Positions 38,216 to 51,458 of a DNA stretch of 64,000 nt are shown one piece after another; positions within the stretch are counted from its first letter, which is position 1; every line of letters starts with the position of its first letter. The DNA is taken from the NCBI RefSeq assembly GCF_006345805.1, contig NC_043014.1:2170001-2234000 (forward strand), read 5' to 3'. The notes below the pieces were generated by a model. It saw only the letters and a list, made by a program, of their open reading frames with translations, did no database searches and was not told the DNA's origin. The stretch comes from Octopus sinensis (Eukaryota). A program made the position numbers and the translations under genes.

Positions 38216-39244
38216 CTACAAAATAAAGCCCAAAGCCATGCTGAGAAATAATTAGAAATAAAAGAAACTCATCAGTTGCGATTCTTCACAAAGATTTCTT
38301 TATTTTATCTCGTAACTGAAGGTTACGCGATCACAAGACAAATAACTTTCTACATAAGTTGCAAAAAAAAAAAAATAATAATAAATAAATAATAAGACAT
38401 TATAATACAAGTAGGAACATTTCGGTTTCAAGGAAGGAGAAAATGGAAATAGCGACATTCGGTCCTTTCCTCAGATCCATCAGTGACGCAAGTGAAACTA
38501 TTTCAACCTAGATTTGAACACTGAACTTCGATTGACTAGTTCATATCCTTCAAACAAACACGACACAAGAAGCGCCAATTCATTAGACAGTTCTGCAGCA
38601 AACAAATACGAAATATTTTTTTCTACTCTAGGCACAAGGCCCGAAATTTTGGGGGAGGGTGGCCAATCGATTAGATCGATCCCAGATCGCAATTGGTATT
38701 TAATTTATCGATCTCGAAAGGATAAAAGGCAAAGTCGACCTCGGCGGAATTTGAACTCAGAACGTAAAGACAGACGAAGTATCGCTAAGTATTTCACCCG
38801 GCGTGCTAACGTTTCTTATTTCTTTATTGCCCACAAGGGGCAAACAAGAGGGTACAAACAAGGACATAGAGGGGACGAACAAGGGTATAGAGGGGACAAA
38901 CAAGGGTATAGAGGGGACAAACAAGGGCATGCAAAAGGATTTCGTTAAATAATCACCAATCTTGGAAGGGCTCTTACTGACATCGGCTGTGGTTCACATA
39001 TTGTGTAAAACTATAACCAAACAGCCATCGATGTATTTCTAATTGATTCTGATGCATTAATTGTCAACATTTTAATATATTTTCATATTACTCCATTAGG
39101 AAACTTTTGCGAGTGGTAACAACGTTTGATCGTCAGCAGTGTTTTTATGCGTTTCTGCAGCAGTTTTGATGAATTGCCTATAGGACGAGCTTAATCATTC
39201 TATCTCTGCAGGTTCTCGCCGTTTTCCTTTTTATACAAAGCTTA

Positions 39245-39683
39245 GGAGGCACAATGGCCCAGTGGTTAGGGCAGCGGACTCGCGGTCGTAGGATCGCGGT
39301 TTCAATTCCCAGACCGGGCGTTGTGAGTGTTTATTGAGTGAAAACATCTAAAGCTCCACCAGGCTCTGGCAGGGGGTGGTGGTGATCCCTGCTGTACTCT
39401 TTCACCACAACTTTTTCTCACTCTTACTTCCTGTTTCTGTTGTACCTGTATTTCAAAGGGCCGGCCTTGTCACTCTCTGTGTCACGCTGAATATCCCCGA
39501 GAACTACGTTAAGGGTACACGTGTCTGTGGAGTGCTCAGCCACTTACACGTTAACCGAGAACTACGTTAAGGGTACACGTGTCTGTGGAGTGCTCAGCCA
39601 CTTACACGTTAATTTCACGAGTAGGCTGTTCCGTTGATCGGATCAACCGGAACCCTCGTCGTCGTAACCGACGGAGTGCTTCC
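39245..39683 (+). mobile_element. SINE family C with a 13-bp TSD and an internal 58-bp tandem duplication
   Basis: TSD tatacaaagctta at 39232-39244 and 39684-39696. Confidence 0.9.
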
Positions 39684-39735
39684 TATACAAAGCTTAATTT
39701 TGGTTTTATCATAGACACATTAGGGTGGAACTTAC

Positions 39736-39830
39736 GACATCCAGTGAACTTTCAGAGTTCCAAAACGCTTGGTTAGTTATACCCTGTCCAGTGCTATCCC
39801 AGTCGCTGGTTGTTGTTGTATATTCTGGGT
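39736..39830 (-). CDS. SLC16 paralogue C, exon 4 (cytoplasmic loop); absent from the ORF track
   Basis: TTCTTTGCAG / GTC|GTAAGT; 95 nt, phase 1-0; NPEYTTTTSDWDSTGQGITNQAFWNSESSLDV. Confidence 0.78.
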
Positions 39831-40751
39831 CTGCAAAGAACAAAAGTTCGATTTCAAAAGTCTAAAACAATTAAATTTTACAGGAAAATTAAATTAATCA
39901 ACTAACCATTTGATTAATTAACAAATTAATTACACATCTAACCTTCATGAATACCCTTTAACATAATTGTTTCAGCTTTAGGTATAAGGGCAGCACTTGT
40001 GACGGGAGAGATGAGTAGTCGATTAGATCGACCCCAGTACTTGACTGGTATTTTGTGAGTGTTATGTTAGTGTAGGCGTTTGGCCTTGTGGTTAGGCGTG
40101 TTGCACCCACAATCGTGGAAATGTGGCCTCGATTCCCAAACCGGCTGCGTATTGTATTCTTGTGCAAAACATTTCGTTTTACTTTGCTCCAGTTCACTCA
40201 GTTTTCAATGGGTCACCCCCTGTGACAGACTACCCTTCTGGGGGGAATGTTGACCTGCTCGCCCAGCCAACCGGGTGGCATCATTCAAAAGTTAAAACAA
40301 TGCCAAGCGCACTGTGACCAGCGATGTATAACAACATCTCATAGTCTAGTCGATGATATATATGTGTGTGTGTGTAAAATGCATCAAGTATAGGACATCA
40401 CCAACGAGTGAAAAATACGTAAACACAAAATGAGAGACAAGTAAGGGACAGAATACCAAAAGAACTCCTCTTCAGTTGTCCCTATTTCGAGCTTTCAACG
40501 ACAAGATAGGGAACCTTCATAAAGCAGCAGCATCCAGAAATATATATGATAGGCTTTCTTTTTTTATTTAGTTTGCGTTCACAAAATCCGCACGCAAGGT
40601 TTTGTTTGACCCGGGGTTATAGTAAAAGATACTTACCCACGCGCAATGGGGTTGTAAGAAAGACCACATGGTTGGGGAGCAAGCTTTTTAGCCGCGCATC
40701 CACGCCTGTTCCATTATTGAATGTGTAAAACAAAATTCAAGTGTTCCTTAC

Positions 40752-41009
40752 TATGTCGTAACGTCGTTTTGGTTCGCAGCGGTCTGTAAAGAGCCCCACA
40801 CACCACCATATTAAACATCATTCCAGCAATCATTAACAAAGTTCCTGCCAAGCCGTATGTCTGTAGAAGTTCCTCGACCATTATGTTACCAATACAGGTA
40901 CCCAAACCAGTTCCACAGCTGGCGATACTCAAAGCTGTTGCTCTTTTCTTGCTGAAGTATAGAGTTACCATGATTTGGCCGGTGAAATACCCGAACCCCA
41001 GGGCCAGAC
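40752..41009 (-). CDS. SLC16 paralogue C, exon 3 (TM4-TM6)
   Basis: TTGGCAG / A|GTAAGG; 258 nt; GLALGFGYFTGQIMVTLYFSKKRATALSIASCGTG...YGLAGTLLMIAG...GALYRPL. Confidence 0.9.
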
Positions 41010-41579
41010 CTGCCAAGAAAGAAAGCAATAAAAGATACAGGAATTGTTATAAATGAATGGTGTAAGATAAAGATTCTGAGAATCATGCAGCTATCACAGT
41101 ATGAAACATAGACAAGAACTTAGCAAAATATATGGAAGGCTATAAGTCTCATTTTTTGTATCAAAATTTCGTGGAAATTCAAGAAGTAATATACTAAAGT
41201 TAATGCAAATAGTTATATATCTGCCTTGAAAATATTTTATTCCTTCGAAGTCACAAACAATGAAATCGTTATATTTATTTTAAACTGCGTTATGGTTGAC
41301 ATAACTTTGAGTAGCAGAATTTATCTGTCACTCGGTTCAACACAACCAACCAACCGGTCAATGGGTTTTTAACAACGTTTAATCCGTTGTAACAGGTTTT
41401 CCAGTTGTGTTTGGTACAGGAATGACTTCCTGCTACAATTTTCATCAATTTTCATCAAAGTGACCAAATTTAGAAATGAGGCCATGAGATATTACTGGTA
41501 CTGTGTCGTTTCCTCTGATTAATATGGTTCTGGTGTGTAACGGCACCAAGAGAAATTTGTCGTGACGATGGCATCTTAC

Positions 41580-41723
41580 CTCCCAGTATTCCATAGCAGG
41601 TTATCATCATGTCGCTACTTGTGGAAAATGCCCCCAAAATGGCTCCTGTAAATCCAATAAGTCCTGCGCTGATGGCCACATTCCGATGACAAAAATAGAT
41701 CAATAACATACTGCAAATCGGAG
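41580..41723 (-). CDS. SLC16 paralogue C, exon 2
   Basis: TTTCAG / G|GTAAG; 144 nt as in B; APICSMLLIYFCHRNVAISAGLIGFTGAILGAFSTSSDMMITCYGILG. Confidence 0.9.
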
Positions 41724-41808
41724 CTGAAATAGATCAGAGAATAAATAATTCGGAAAGTAAACCAAAATATTTAAACGGGGAAAACATGAGGTATCTAAGC
41801 TATTCATA

Positions 41809-42187
41809 GGCACAGGAGTGGCTGTGTGGTAAGTAGCTTGCTTACTAACCACATGGTTCCGGGTTCAGACCCACTGCGTGGCACCTTGGGCAAGTGTCTT
41901 CTGCTATAGCCTCGGGCCGACTAAAGCTTTGTGAGTGGATTTGGTAGACGGAAACTGAAAGAAGCCCGTCGTATATATGTATATATATATATATATGTGT
42001 GTGTATGTGTGTGTGTGTGTGTGTTTGCTCCCCCGCTATCGCTTGGCAACCGATGTTGGTGTGTTTATGTCCTCGTACCCTAGCGGTTTGGCTAAAGAGA
42101 CCGATAGAATAAGTACTAGGCTTACAAAGGATAAGTCATAGGGTCGATTTGCTCTACCGTGGCCGCAGTCAAAAGACTGAAACAAAT
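41809..42187 (+). mobile_element. SINE family A, full copy
   Basis: ggcacaggagtggctgtgtggtaagtag head through gactgaaacaaata tail. Confidence 0.85.
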
Positions 42188-42638
42188 AAAAAAATTAAAA
42201 GAATATTCTGGCGGAACAGTCATCAGAAAGGGATGAGAGCCTCGGTGAAGCATAATCTAATGAGACACACTGCACGAATTATCGAAAAAAAAACTTTGCT
42301 TTTGGCTCTGATAAACTGTCACACACATTTATTGATCAAGATGTGATCGAAAAGAGTTCTACGGTGGGTACAATGTACAACGAAATAGTGCCGGGTACAT
42401 ACGTATGTGGATTATACTACTGTTATTCTTAGTTTAAAGTAAAAAAATAATTCAAGTTCGTATACTGTTTATCTATTCAGGACGAATAATAGGAGAACCC
42501 TTGAAGAATCCTAACGCCCCAGGTAACCTAGACTGGGAAACCTTTTCCAAACCTGGGTTACCTGGGACGTTAGAAAGCATCAAAGGAGAAAATAAGAAAA
42601 TAAGAAAAAAAAAACGGAAAAGTTTTACTAAATCTCAC

Positions 42639-42987
42639 CTGAAAGAAGGGAGAGTCCATTGAGAATGCTCCCAACCAAAGTTAACTTCCATACGGGTTCA
42701 TCAAATTTATTAATTAGGGCGATGAGAAACAGCCCTGATGACCCCTTAATTACAAAGACGATGAAACTACAACACATGGCTGCCACGCTCACAATCCAAC
42801 CCCAACCTCCATCTGGAACTATTGTTGTTTCTTCCACTTCTGCTTCCATCGGCGGAACCGCCTCTTCTATGACGAACACGGCATCCGGTGTCGTGGTCGA
42901 TTCTGGCAGTGCCACATGTTTGGAATCGGTCTTTGGAGAGCTTTCCTCGTGGTTTGCCACCAGGTCTCGTTGAACGGTTTCTCCCAT
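42639..42987 (-). CDS. SLC16 paralogue C, first coding exon (start uncertain)
   Basis: MGETVQRD...VPDGGWGWIVS...GLSLLS; CAG|GTGAGA donor; the ATG at 42987 is the first one after a trinucleotide tract, and a later ATG (MEAEVEE) or an internal acceptor is possible. Confidence 0.82.
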
Positions 42988-43035
42988 CAAAAATGAAAAT
43001 ACAACAGCATCAATGATAATGATAATAATAATGAT

Positions 43036-43134
<99 letters not shown>

Positions 43135-43227
43135 TAATAATAATAATAATTCCAACTTGTCTCTTGAGGTCTCTGGGTGAGACTTGGGAGCCAACTTGTA
43201 CAAATGTAAAGCAAAAGTCAAACATAA

Positions 43228-43292
<65 letters not shown>

Positions 43293-43896
43293 TAACAATA
43301 ATAAATGGGGATTTCTTGTATTTGTTATCAAGGTGACGGATGAGGGGAACAGTCCCAACACACACACAAAGTGTGGAGATTCACATAGAAAACATTGAAT
43401 GGGAAAAAGGATACACGAAAAACATACGCATCTCTTTATCTCTTTCTTCCCCCTCTCTCATTCTCTTTCTTTCTCTCTCTCTCCTTTTCTTTCCCCCTCT
43501 GTCTCCGCTTCGATTAAATAATCTTTCATTCGATGTGTGTCTTATGTGTCTCCAAGCAAAAGCATAAAGTGACTAATTACCATTTGTCCAATTTGCTGGA
43601 AGCGAGTTCCTCCCGAGATATTTTATAGTTTCTGAATTTTTATCGTTGCCTTGTTATTCCTGCGTTCTCTCATACTGAAGAAATATTACAGAAATTCCTA
43701 TCACTTCAAGATCTGCGAGGTATTTATTTCCCTGTCAAACTTAACCATAGATCTACACACACACACGTGCTAACCTGGACAAGACCTTTTGAGGAGTTCT
43801 GACAATCACACAAGCATTCAACTTTTCCATGCCCATAATATCATCGTTGATTCAAAGTAAAGCCCACCATCTTGGTTGATGCAGCTTGGCACAAGT

Positions 43897-44278
43897 GGAA
43901 GCACTCCGTCGGTTACGACGACGAGGGTTCCGGTTGATCCGAATCAACGGAACAGCCTGCTCGTGAAATTAACGTGTAAGTGGCTGAGCACTCCACAGAC
44001 ACGTGTACCCTTAACGTAGTTCTCGGGGATATTCAGCGTGACACAGAGAGTGACAAGGCCGGCCCCTTGAAATACAGGTACAACAGAAACAGGAAGTAAG
44101 AGTGAGAGAAAGTTGTGGTGAAAGAGTACAGCAGGGATCACCACCATCCCCTGCCGGACCCTCGTGGAGCTTTAGGTGTTTTCGCTCAATAAACACTCAC
44201 AACGCCCGGTCTGGGAATCGAAACCGCAATCCTATGACCGCGAGTCCGCTGCCCTAACCACTGGGACATTGCGCCTCC
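43897..44278 (-). mobile_element. SINE family C with a 12-bp TSD
   Basis: TSD cttggcacaagt at 43885-43896 and 44279-44290. Confidence 0.9.
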
Positions 44279-46044
44279 CTTGGCACAAGTATGGTTGTCG
44301 GCACTGCTGTAAGAACGCAAAAACTGATGCAAATACCGCCAGGTGATTCATCTTACCCTATAGCAATTCCGCCAGTCTACGTCCCTGGATTACTACATTC
44401 CTTCGGCCCCGAAAGGATGAACTGATACTGGTGGGATTTTAATTCAAGGCATTGAGAATTGAAGCAAATACCTCGAGGTATTTTACCCAACGTTTAAGCG
44501 ATTTTGTCAAGAATATTGCCTTTGTGAGATCAATTGTCGATTAAAAAACGAAAGGGAGAGAAATCCGAAAAAGGTGAAAAATTACTTGGGTATTGTACGG
44601 ATTATTTTCAGTTATTAGAGTATCATCATAAAGTTATTACTGTATTCGTATTAGCATTCTGTTAGTTATTACTAAACTAGAATTTGTTAAGATTTAGACA
44701 TTATTTTACGAAGTATAACCTTCATCAGTAACATTAAATAAGAGGTTAAACAGTAAAACACGGCCCACAAGCGTTAACTTCATTGCACGAGGGCACAATA
44801 TATTATTTAATATATATTTGCCTTTGAGCTGTCTATTGGTGAATGCACGGATATGTTACGGTATTCTTGTTCAAATGATATTAATTCTTTCAAGTACTAA
44901 ACACAAACTAAAATTACAAATACATTTGAATAAAATTCTGCCGAAGGTCATGTATGTATCATGTCTGAACAAACTCTGAAAACACTTTGTAAAATAGACT
45001 AACAAAAATGCGATGTAGATATAAATTTAAAATATATGAAACCATTAAATCGGAAAATATATATTACTTCATTTAAAAAAAAGAAACATTCTGATGATAC
45101 TATCAAACGATAAAGATGATGAAATAGGCATTTCATTATGAACAAAGTAAATAGAAAGAAGAAAATGCTTTACCTGTTTGGTTTAAGGTTTTCACAAGAG
45201 AAGGAATTAAATGGATTATTTTGTAGACGGACTTTTAGGTAAAATGATTCTATACAGAGACATGGAGTGTTTTCAGCTGAAAACTAACCAGAAATGTCAA
45301 AAATGTAATAATGAATGTATTTCTGAGTTTAAAGGGTGAAAAACATGAAAAGAAGAGATAAGGTTTTTAAAATATCACGAGTTATCTCAAAGATGTGTCC
45401 ATGAATATAATAAGTTTGCATAACAAATTACTTTTACATGATGTCAAATATTTACAATAACACACAGATCCGTATAAACGCAAACACGTGCCCTAAGTTT
45501 GCAGATAAACTCACATGCAAGCAGATGAGTTTCAAATGTCTTAGGTTCGTACACCGATAGAAGAGTCCTCAATATGTCGGACGAAGTCCTTCCTCGTGAG
45601 AGCGAAGACACTCTGTCTCAATAGGTTTTGTCGTTGGATAGTTTCGTTTTATTTTCTAAACATTGTGTTTGCTTTAATGAAAACGTCTTCTTTGTCTGAT
45701 GAACATACTCCCAAGGGCTTTGAAACAGCTTCGAAATCTGAAAGTTCGACCATGAATTCAAAAGAAATCTGAGAAAAATGTCAACACTTCTAGAAGATCG
45801 AAAATCGGACGAAGTGACAGACTGTTATAGTCTTCTATAACAGCATAAAGTGCACGGGAGGCAAAGAATTGCTTCGGCTCAGATCTGTCTACACTCACTG
45901 GTCACAATATGAAGAACAATGTAAGAACGGTCGGGTCACTACTAGAGTCATTGGCCAACTTGTTTGCTCTTGGTTTTGTTGCTCCAGTTATCGAATCATC
46001 TTCTTCTTCTTCTTCTTCTTCTTCTTCTTCTTCTTCTTCTTCTT

Positions 46045-46075
<31 letters not shown>

Positions 46076-46087
46076 TTATTATTATTA

Positions 46088-46181
<94 letters not shown>

Positions 46182-46869
46182 GGGCGACGACGTGGCAGAA
46201 TCGTTAGCACGTCAAAGAAAATGGTTAGTGTCATTTCTTTCTACTCTTTACGATTCGAGTTCAAATTCAGCCGCAGTCAATTCACTTTCATCCTTTCGGG
46301 TTCGGTTAAATACCTCCCAGTTGAGTACTTCCCTTCCCCCAGAATTGCTGTAAAACTGTTGTGAATTTGATTCCTACTCGTCGTGTGTGCTCAGAAGAAG
46401 TCTGATTTGGATTCACAGAGTCACCTTTCTTCTCCAACTTTCTCATCGTGAAGGGTTAATTTTTCTTAACTGCGTATTTCTCTATGGCAAGCGTACGTTT
46501 GCACTTTTCTTTTTCTGATATATTGCCGTCAAGTTTAACATGAAGAAAGAAAATCCTGAAAACATATAAATGTAATCTTACTGATTTGAAAACAAATTCC
46601 TTATTGAAAATCTACTTTTAAAAGGCTTCCTTCACTTTCAAATATGACTGACACCGTTAATGGTTGGTATTTATTTAACCTTTGAACATTTTTTCAGAAA
46701 TAAGAGTGTTTTTTCTGTTACATCTGTGATTTCGGAACGACAACGATGTACAGATGTGGAAAAAGATTCCATCCAAGAAATTGACAAAAATCAAAATGAG
46801 AGAGTCAGGGATTCTTGATATAACTTTGTAGAATTCTCACATACTCTCAGCAACAAATTTAGCTCCAAA

Positions 46870-47520
46870 TATTAAAAGCTTTGCGGAACCAAACGGATCC
46901 AAAAGTTTCATTAAATTAATGCCTAGGTTGCTTAAATTAATACAGACACTTAAAGAACTCTTAGATTAAAATTCCGGTGTGTATAACATGTATTATGTGT
47001 ATACAAATGCGTAATAGCACTAACTGTACTAATCTGTCTTAAACAAACATCTTAACAAGATTTGTGTGTAAAAAAAATTATATGGGGTATTGCTCGGAAC
47101 GTTGGCGAATTGTTAGACATTGTGTTTCGACCTGATTTAGCCCCCCGTGACAAACATCTCGGACGATCAGAGCTAAAGCGAAAATGCTTATTCTGGTAAA
47201 GAAATCAGTAAGCAAAAAATTTGCTGATTAGTGCGAAGCTAGTCAGGCTGATATTAAAGTAACATACGCGCTTAAAACAGTTTTAGATTAAAATATAGGT
47301 CTGTATAACTTCTAACGTGTATTCAAGCGTTGGGCGGTACTTGCTTTAATATTAATGAGTCAGAGAAACTCCTTCAAGAGTCTTGTGTGTTAGAAACACG
47401 GGGCTTTGTCCAGAACTCTGGTGGATCGTCAGGCATCGATGTTTCAACCTGATTTGGTCTCCTCAGTGGCAAATATGCCGGATGTTCTGAGCTAAACCGA
47501 AAATGCTTATTCCTACAGAG
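46870..47520 (-). repeat. Degenerate tandem dimer (~322-bp period), each unit with a minimal type I hammerhead-like motif
   Basis: ttagattaaaat...gtataac at ~46961 and ~47283; gagctaaa.cgaaaatgcttattc at ~47170 and ~47490; CTGAGGA-GACC/GGTT-GAAAC-ATCGAT-G at 47472-47425. Confidence 0.6.
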
Positions 47521-47901
47521 CAATTAATGAAATATTAATTACATAATGTAAAAACGGTAAATACATTTATATCAATGAATTGAGTAAAACATCTGTAAGG
47601 CACATTTGAACCAGTATGTGAACAAAATTGGCCCATCGAATATAAGATGCTGGCCACCACTGATTGCTGTGTTGTGAGTGACATATAGCTATTATTTCTA
47701 GCATAACTAACGACCGTGTAGAGGATTCAATATTGGTTTGATTTCATTGTGTATTGTAAAATATACGGGCCTTCGTATGTCATTAGTAAGTATTGTAACA
47801 CTCTCAGCATATATTGAGAATTAAAACCCATAGAAACGTTTAGTCTTCCTATTCAATTTAGTTTTCAAAATCAATTTCAGCCCAGTTCGTCTTCCAATAT
47901 A

Positions 47902-48315
47902 CTCTCTTTTACTCTTTTACTTGTTTCAGTCATTTGACTGCAGCCATGCTGGAGCACTGCCTTTAGTCTAGCAAATCGACACCAGGACTTATTCTTTGTA
48001 AGCCCAGTACTTATTCAATCGGTCTCTTTTTGCCGAACCGCTAAGTGACGGGAACGTAAACACACCAGCATCGGTTGTCAAGCGATGGTGGGGGGACAAA
48101 CACAGACACACAAACATATACACACACATATATATATATATATACATATATACGACAGGCTTCTTTCAGTTTCCGTCTACCAAATCCACTCACAAGGCAT
48201 TGGTCGGCCCGGGGCTATAGCAGAAGACACTTGCCCAAGATGCTACGCAGTGGGATTGAACCCGGAACCATGTGGTTGGTAAGCAAGCTACTTACCACAC
48301 ATCCACTCCTGCGCC
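47902..48315 (-). mobile_element. SINE family A, full copy
   Basis: Complete head, central microsatellite and tail. Confidence 0.88.
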
Positions 48316-48987
48316 TATATGTCTCGATACCTTTATCCTTCTTTGCCCAATCTCTTCATTGCCCCTCCCGTCATTGCTAATCCCTGTTGTACTTTAACTC
48401 TCTTTGTAATCAGCCCTCCACACTTTTTAACTCATATTCAACGCTGATCTTTGCACTGGAGCGATGCATCGTTTGAATCGGTAAATTTCGCTGGTTTTCA
48501 GCTCGACCATAAAGCTTTGTATTGACCAGAAAGAGGAGACGATTGAGTTTTGCTTCCCTTGAAATCATACTCATCTTTCGTTTTTCTCAAAATTCAAAGA
48601 GACGACATCGCACACAATAAAAAAAGAAACGTTTGATGCTGCTACAGCCTGACCTTTGCTTTCCCGATCTGACTTCAGTGCTCCATCCATTCATGCATCC
48701 GCTCAGTAAATTCACGATTTTCCGTACAATTACAAATATTTTCAAGCAATTCCATTTAACATGAATGAATAACCATATCCTATACTTTCCGGTTGTCTAT
48801 CCACCCTATCCTTGGAACGTTCGTCTACTTGGCGCAGGTGTGGCTGCGTGGTAAGAAGCTTGCTTCCCAAGCCCATGGTTCTGGTTTCAGTTTGATTGTG
48901 TGGTACCTTGGGCAAGTGTCTCATACTATAGCCTCAGGTCGACCAAGGCTTTCTGGTAGGCGGAAACTGAAAGAAGCCTGTCATATG

Positions 48988-48989
<2 letters not shown>

Positions 48990-49053
<64 letters not shown>

Positions 49054-50199
49054 TGTGTGTGTGTATGTGTGTGTTTGTATTCGCCCCACACACACCATCA
49101 CTTGACAACTGATGCTGGCGTGTTTTCGTCGTCGTAACTTAGCAGTTCGGCAAAAGACACCGATAGAATAAGTACTAGACTTACAAGGAATAAGTCGGCG
49201 GTGGTGGTGGTGGGGATTGTCGATTAGTTCGACAAAACCCCTTTAAAGCGGTGCTCCAGCATGGCCGCAGTCAACTGACTGAAACAAGTAAAACAAGTAA
49301 TAGAATAAAACAATAAAAGAATATTGGGAGCAGAGTTGAGAGCCTGGGTGAGCGTGTTCGATAGAAATGAAAGTCGAGGACGAGGATCGTGTTTGACGGA
49401 ATCAAACAATTTCAAAGAACGGAACAATAAACGAAGGTTAGAATGCCAAAACGTGAACCGAAAAATCCTCTCTCTCTCTCCCTCTCTCGTTCTCTCGTTC
49501 TCTTTCGCCGTCTTTCTCTCTTACGCACACGCGCGCACGTTAAATATATATATTTCTTTACTACCCACAAGGGGCTAAACACAGAGGGGACAAACAAGGA
49601 CAGACAAAGGGATTAAGTCGATTCCATCGACCCCAGTGCGTAACTGGTACTTAATTTATCGACCCCGAAAGGATGAAAGGCAAAGTCGACCTCGGCGGAA
49701 TTTGAACTCAGAACGTAAAGACAGACGAAATACCTATTTCTTTACTACCCACAAGGGGCTAAACACAGAGAGGACAAACAAGGACAGACAAAGGGATTAA
49801 GTCGATTCCATTGACCCCAGTGCGTAACTGGTACTTAATTTATCGACCCCGAAAGGATGAAAGGCGAAGTCGACCTCGGCGGAATTTGAACTCAGAACAT
49901 AAAGACAGACGCAATACCTATTTCTTTATTGCCGACAAGGGGCTAAACACAGAGGAGACAAACAAGGACAGACAAACGGATTAAGTCGATTACATCGACC
50001 CCAGTGCGTAACTGGTACTTAATTTATCGACACCGAAAAGATGAAAGGCGAAGACGACCTCGGCGGAATTTGAACTCAGAACGTAGCGGCAGACGAAATA
50101 CCGCAAGGCATTTCGCCCGGTGTGCTAACGATTCTGCCAAAATAATGGATCCGACTAGAGTTAAAATTGGCTAAATGAGCGTTAAACATGCATACATGT

Positions 50200-50277
<78 letters not shown>

Positions 50278-51422
50278 TGTGTGTGTGTATGTGTGTGTTT
50301 GTATTCGCCCCACACACACCATCACTTGACAACTGATGCTGGCGTGTTTTCGTCGTCGTAACTTAGCAGTTCGGCAAAAGACACCGATAGAATAAGTACT
50401 AGACTTACAAGGAATAAGTCGGCGGTGGTGGTGGTGGGGATTGTCGATTAGTTCGACAAAACCCCTTTAAAGCGGTGCTCCAGCATGGCCGCAGTCAACT
50501 GACTGAAACAAGTAAAACAAGTAATAGAATAAAACAATAAAAGAATATTGGGAGCAGAGTTGAGAGCCTGGGTGAGCGTGTTCGATAGAAATGAAAGTCG
50601 AGGACGAGGATCGTGTTTGACGGAATCAAACAATTTCAAAGAACGGAACAATAAACGAAGGTTAGAATGCCAAAACGTGAACCGAAAAATCCTCTCTCTC
50701 TCTCCCTCTCTCGTTCTCTCGTTCTCTTTCGCCGTCTTTCTCTCTTACGCACACGCGCGCACGTTAAATATATATATTTCTTTACTACCCACAAGGGGCT
50801 AAACACAGAGGGGACAAACAAGGACAGACAAAGGGATTAAGTCGATTCCATCGACCCCAGTGCGTAACTGGTACTTAATTTATCGACCCCGAAAGGATGA
50901 AAGGCAAAGTCGACCTCGGCGGAATTTGAACTCAGAACGTAAAGACAGACGAAATACCTATTTCTTTACTACCCACAAGGGGCTAAACACAGAGAGGACA
51001 AACAAGGACAGACAAAGGATTAAGTCGATTCCATTGACCCCAGTGCGTAACTGGTACTTAATTTATCGACCCCGAAAGGATGAAAGGCGAAGTCGACCTC
51101 GGCGGAATTTGAACTCAGAACATAAAGACAGACGCAATACCTATTTCTTTATTGCCGACAAGGGGCTAAACACAGAGGAGACAAACAAGGACAGACAAAC
51201 GGATTAAGTCGATTACATCGACCCCAGTGCGTAACTGGTACTTAATTTATCGACACCGAAAAGATGAAAGGCGAAGACGACCTCGGCGGAATTTGAACTC
51301 AGAACGTAGCGGCAGACGAAATACCGCAAGGCATTTCGCCCGGTGTGCTAACGATTCTGCCAAAATAATGGATCCGACTAGAGTTAAAATTGGCTAAATG
51401 AGCGTTAAACATGCATACATGT

Positions 51423-51455
<33 letters not shown>
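48990..51455. repeat. Near-identical 1224-bp tandem duplication made of a SINE A 3' half, a unique segment and a SINE B trimer
   Basis: Identical ORFs offset by 1224 (49224/50448, 49324/50548); a 1-nt gap at aagggatt versus aaggatt; boundaries lie in (TA)n. Confidence 0.9.

Positions 51456-51456
<1 letters not shown>

Positions 51457-51458
<2 letters not shown>

Noticed and set aside
39245-39320. tRNA-like sequences at the SINE heads
   Set aside because: They have A/B boxes but continue into SINE bodies with TSDs and lack a full cloverleaf, so they are not tRNA genes.
49552-51365. Regularly spaced ~180-bp repeats resembling a CRISPR or satellite array
   Set aside because: There are no unique spacers or cas genes; they are SINE B concatemers in eukaryotic DNA.
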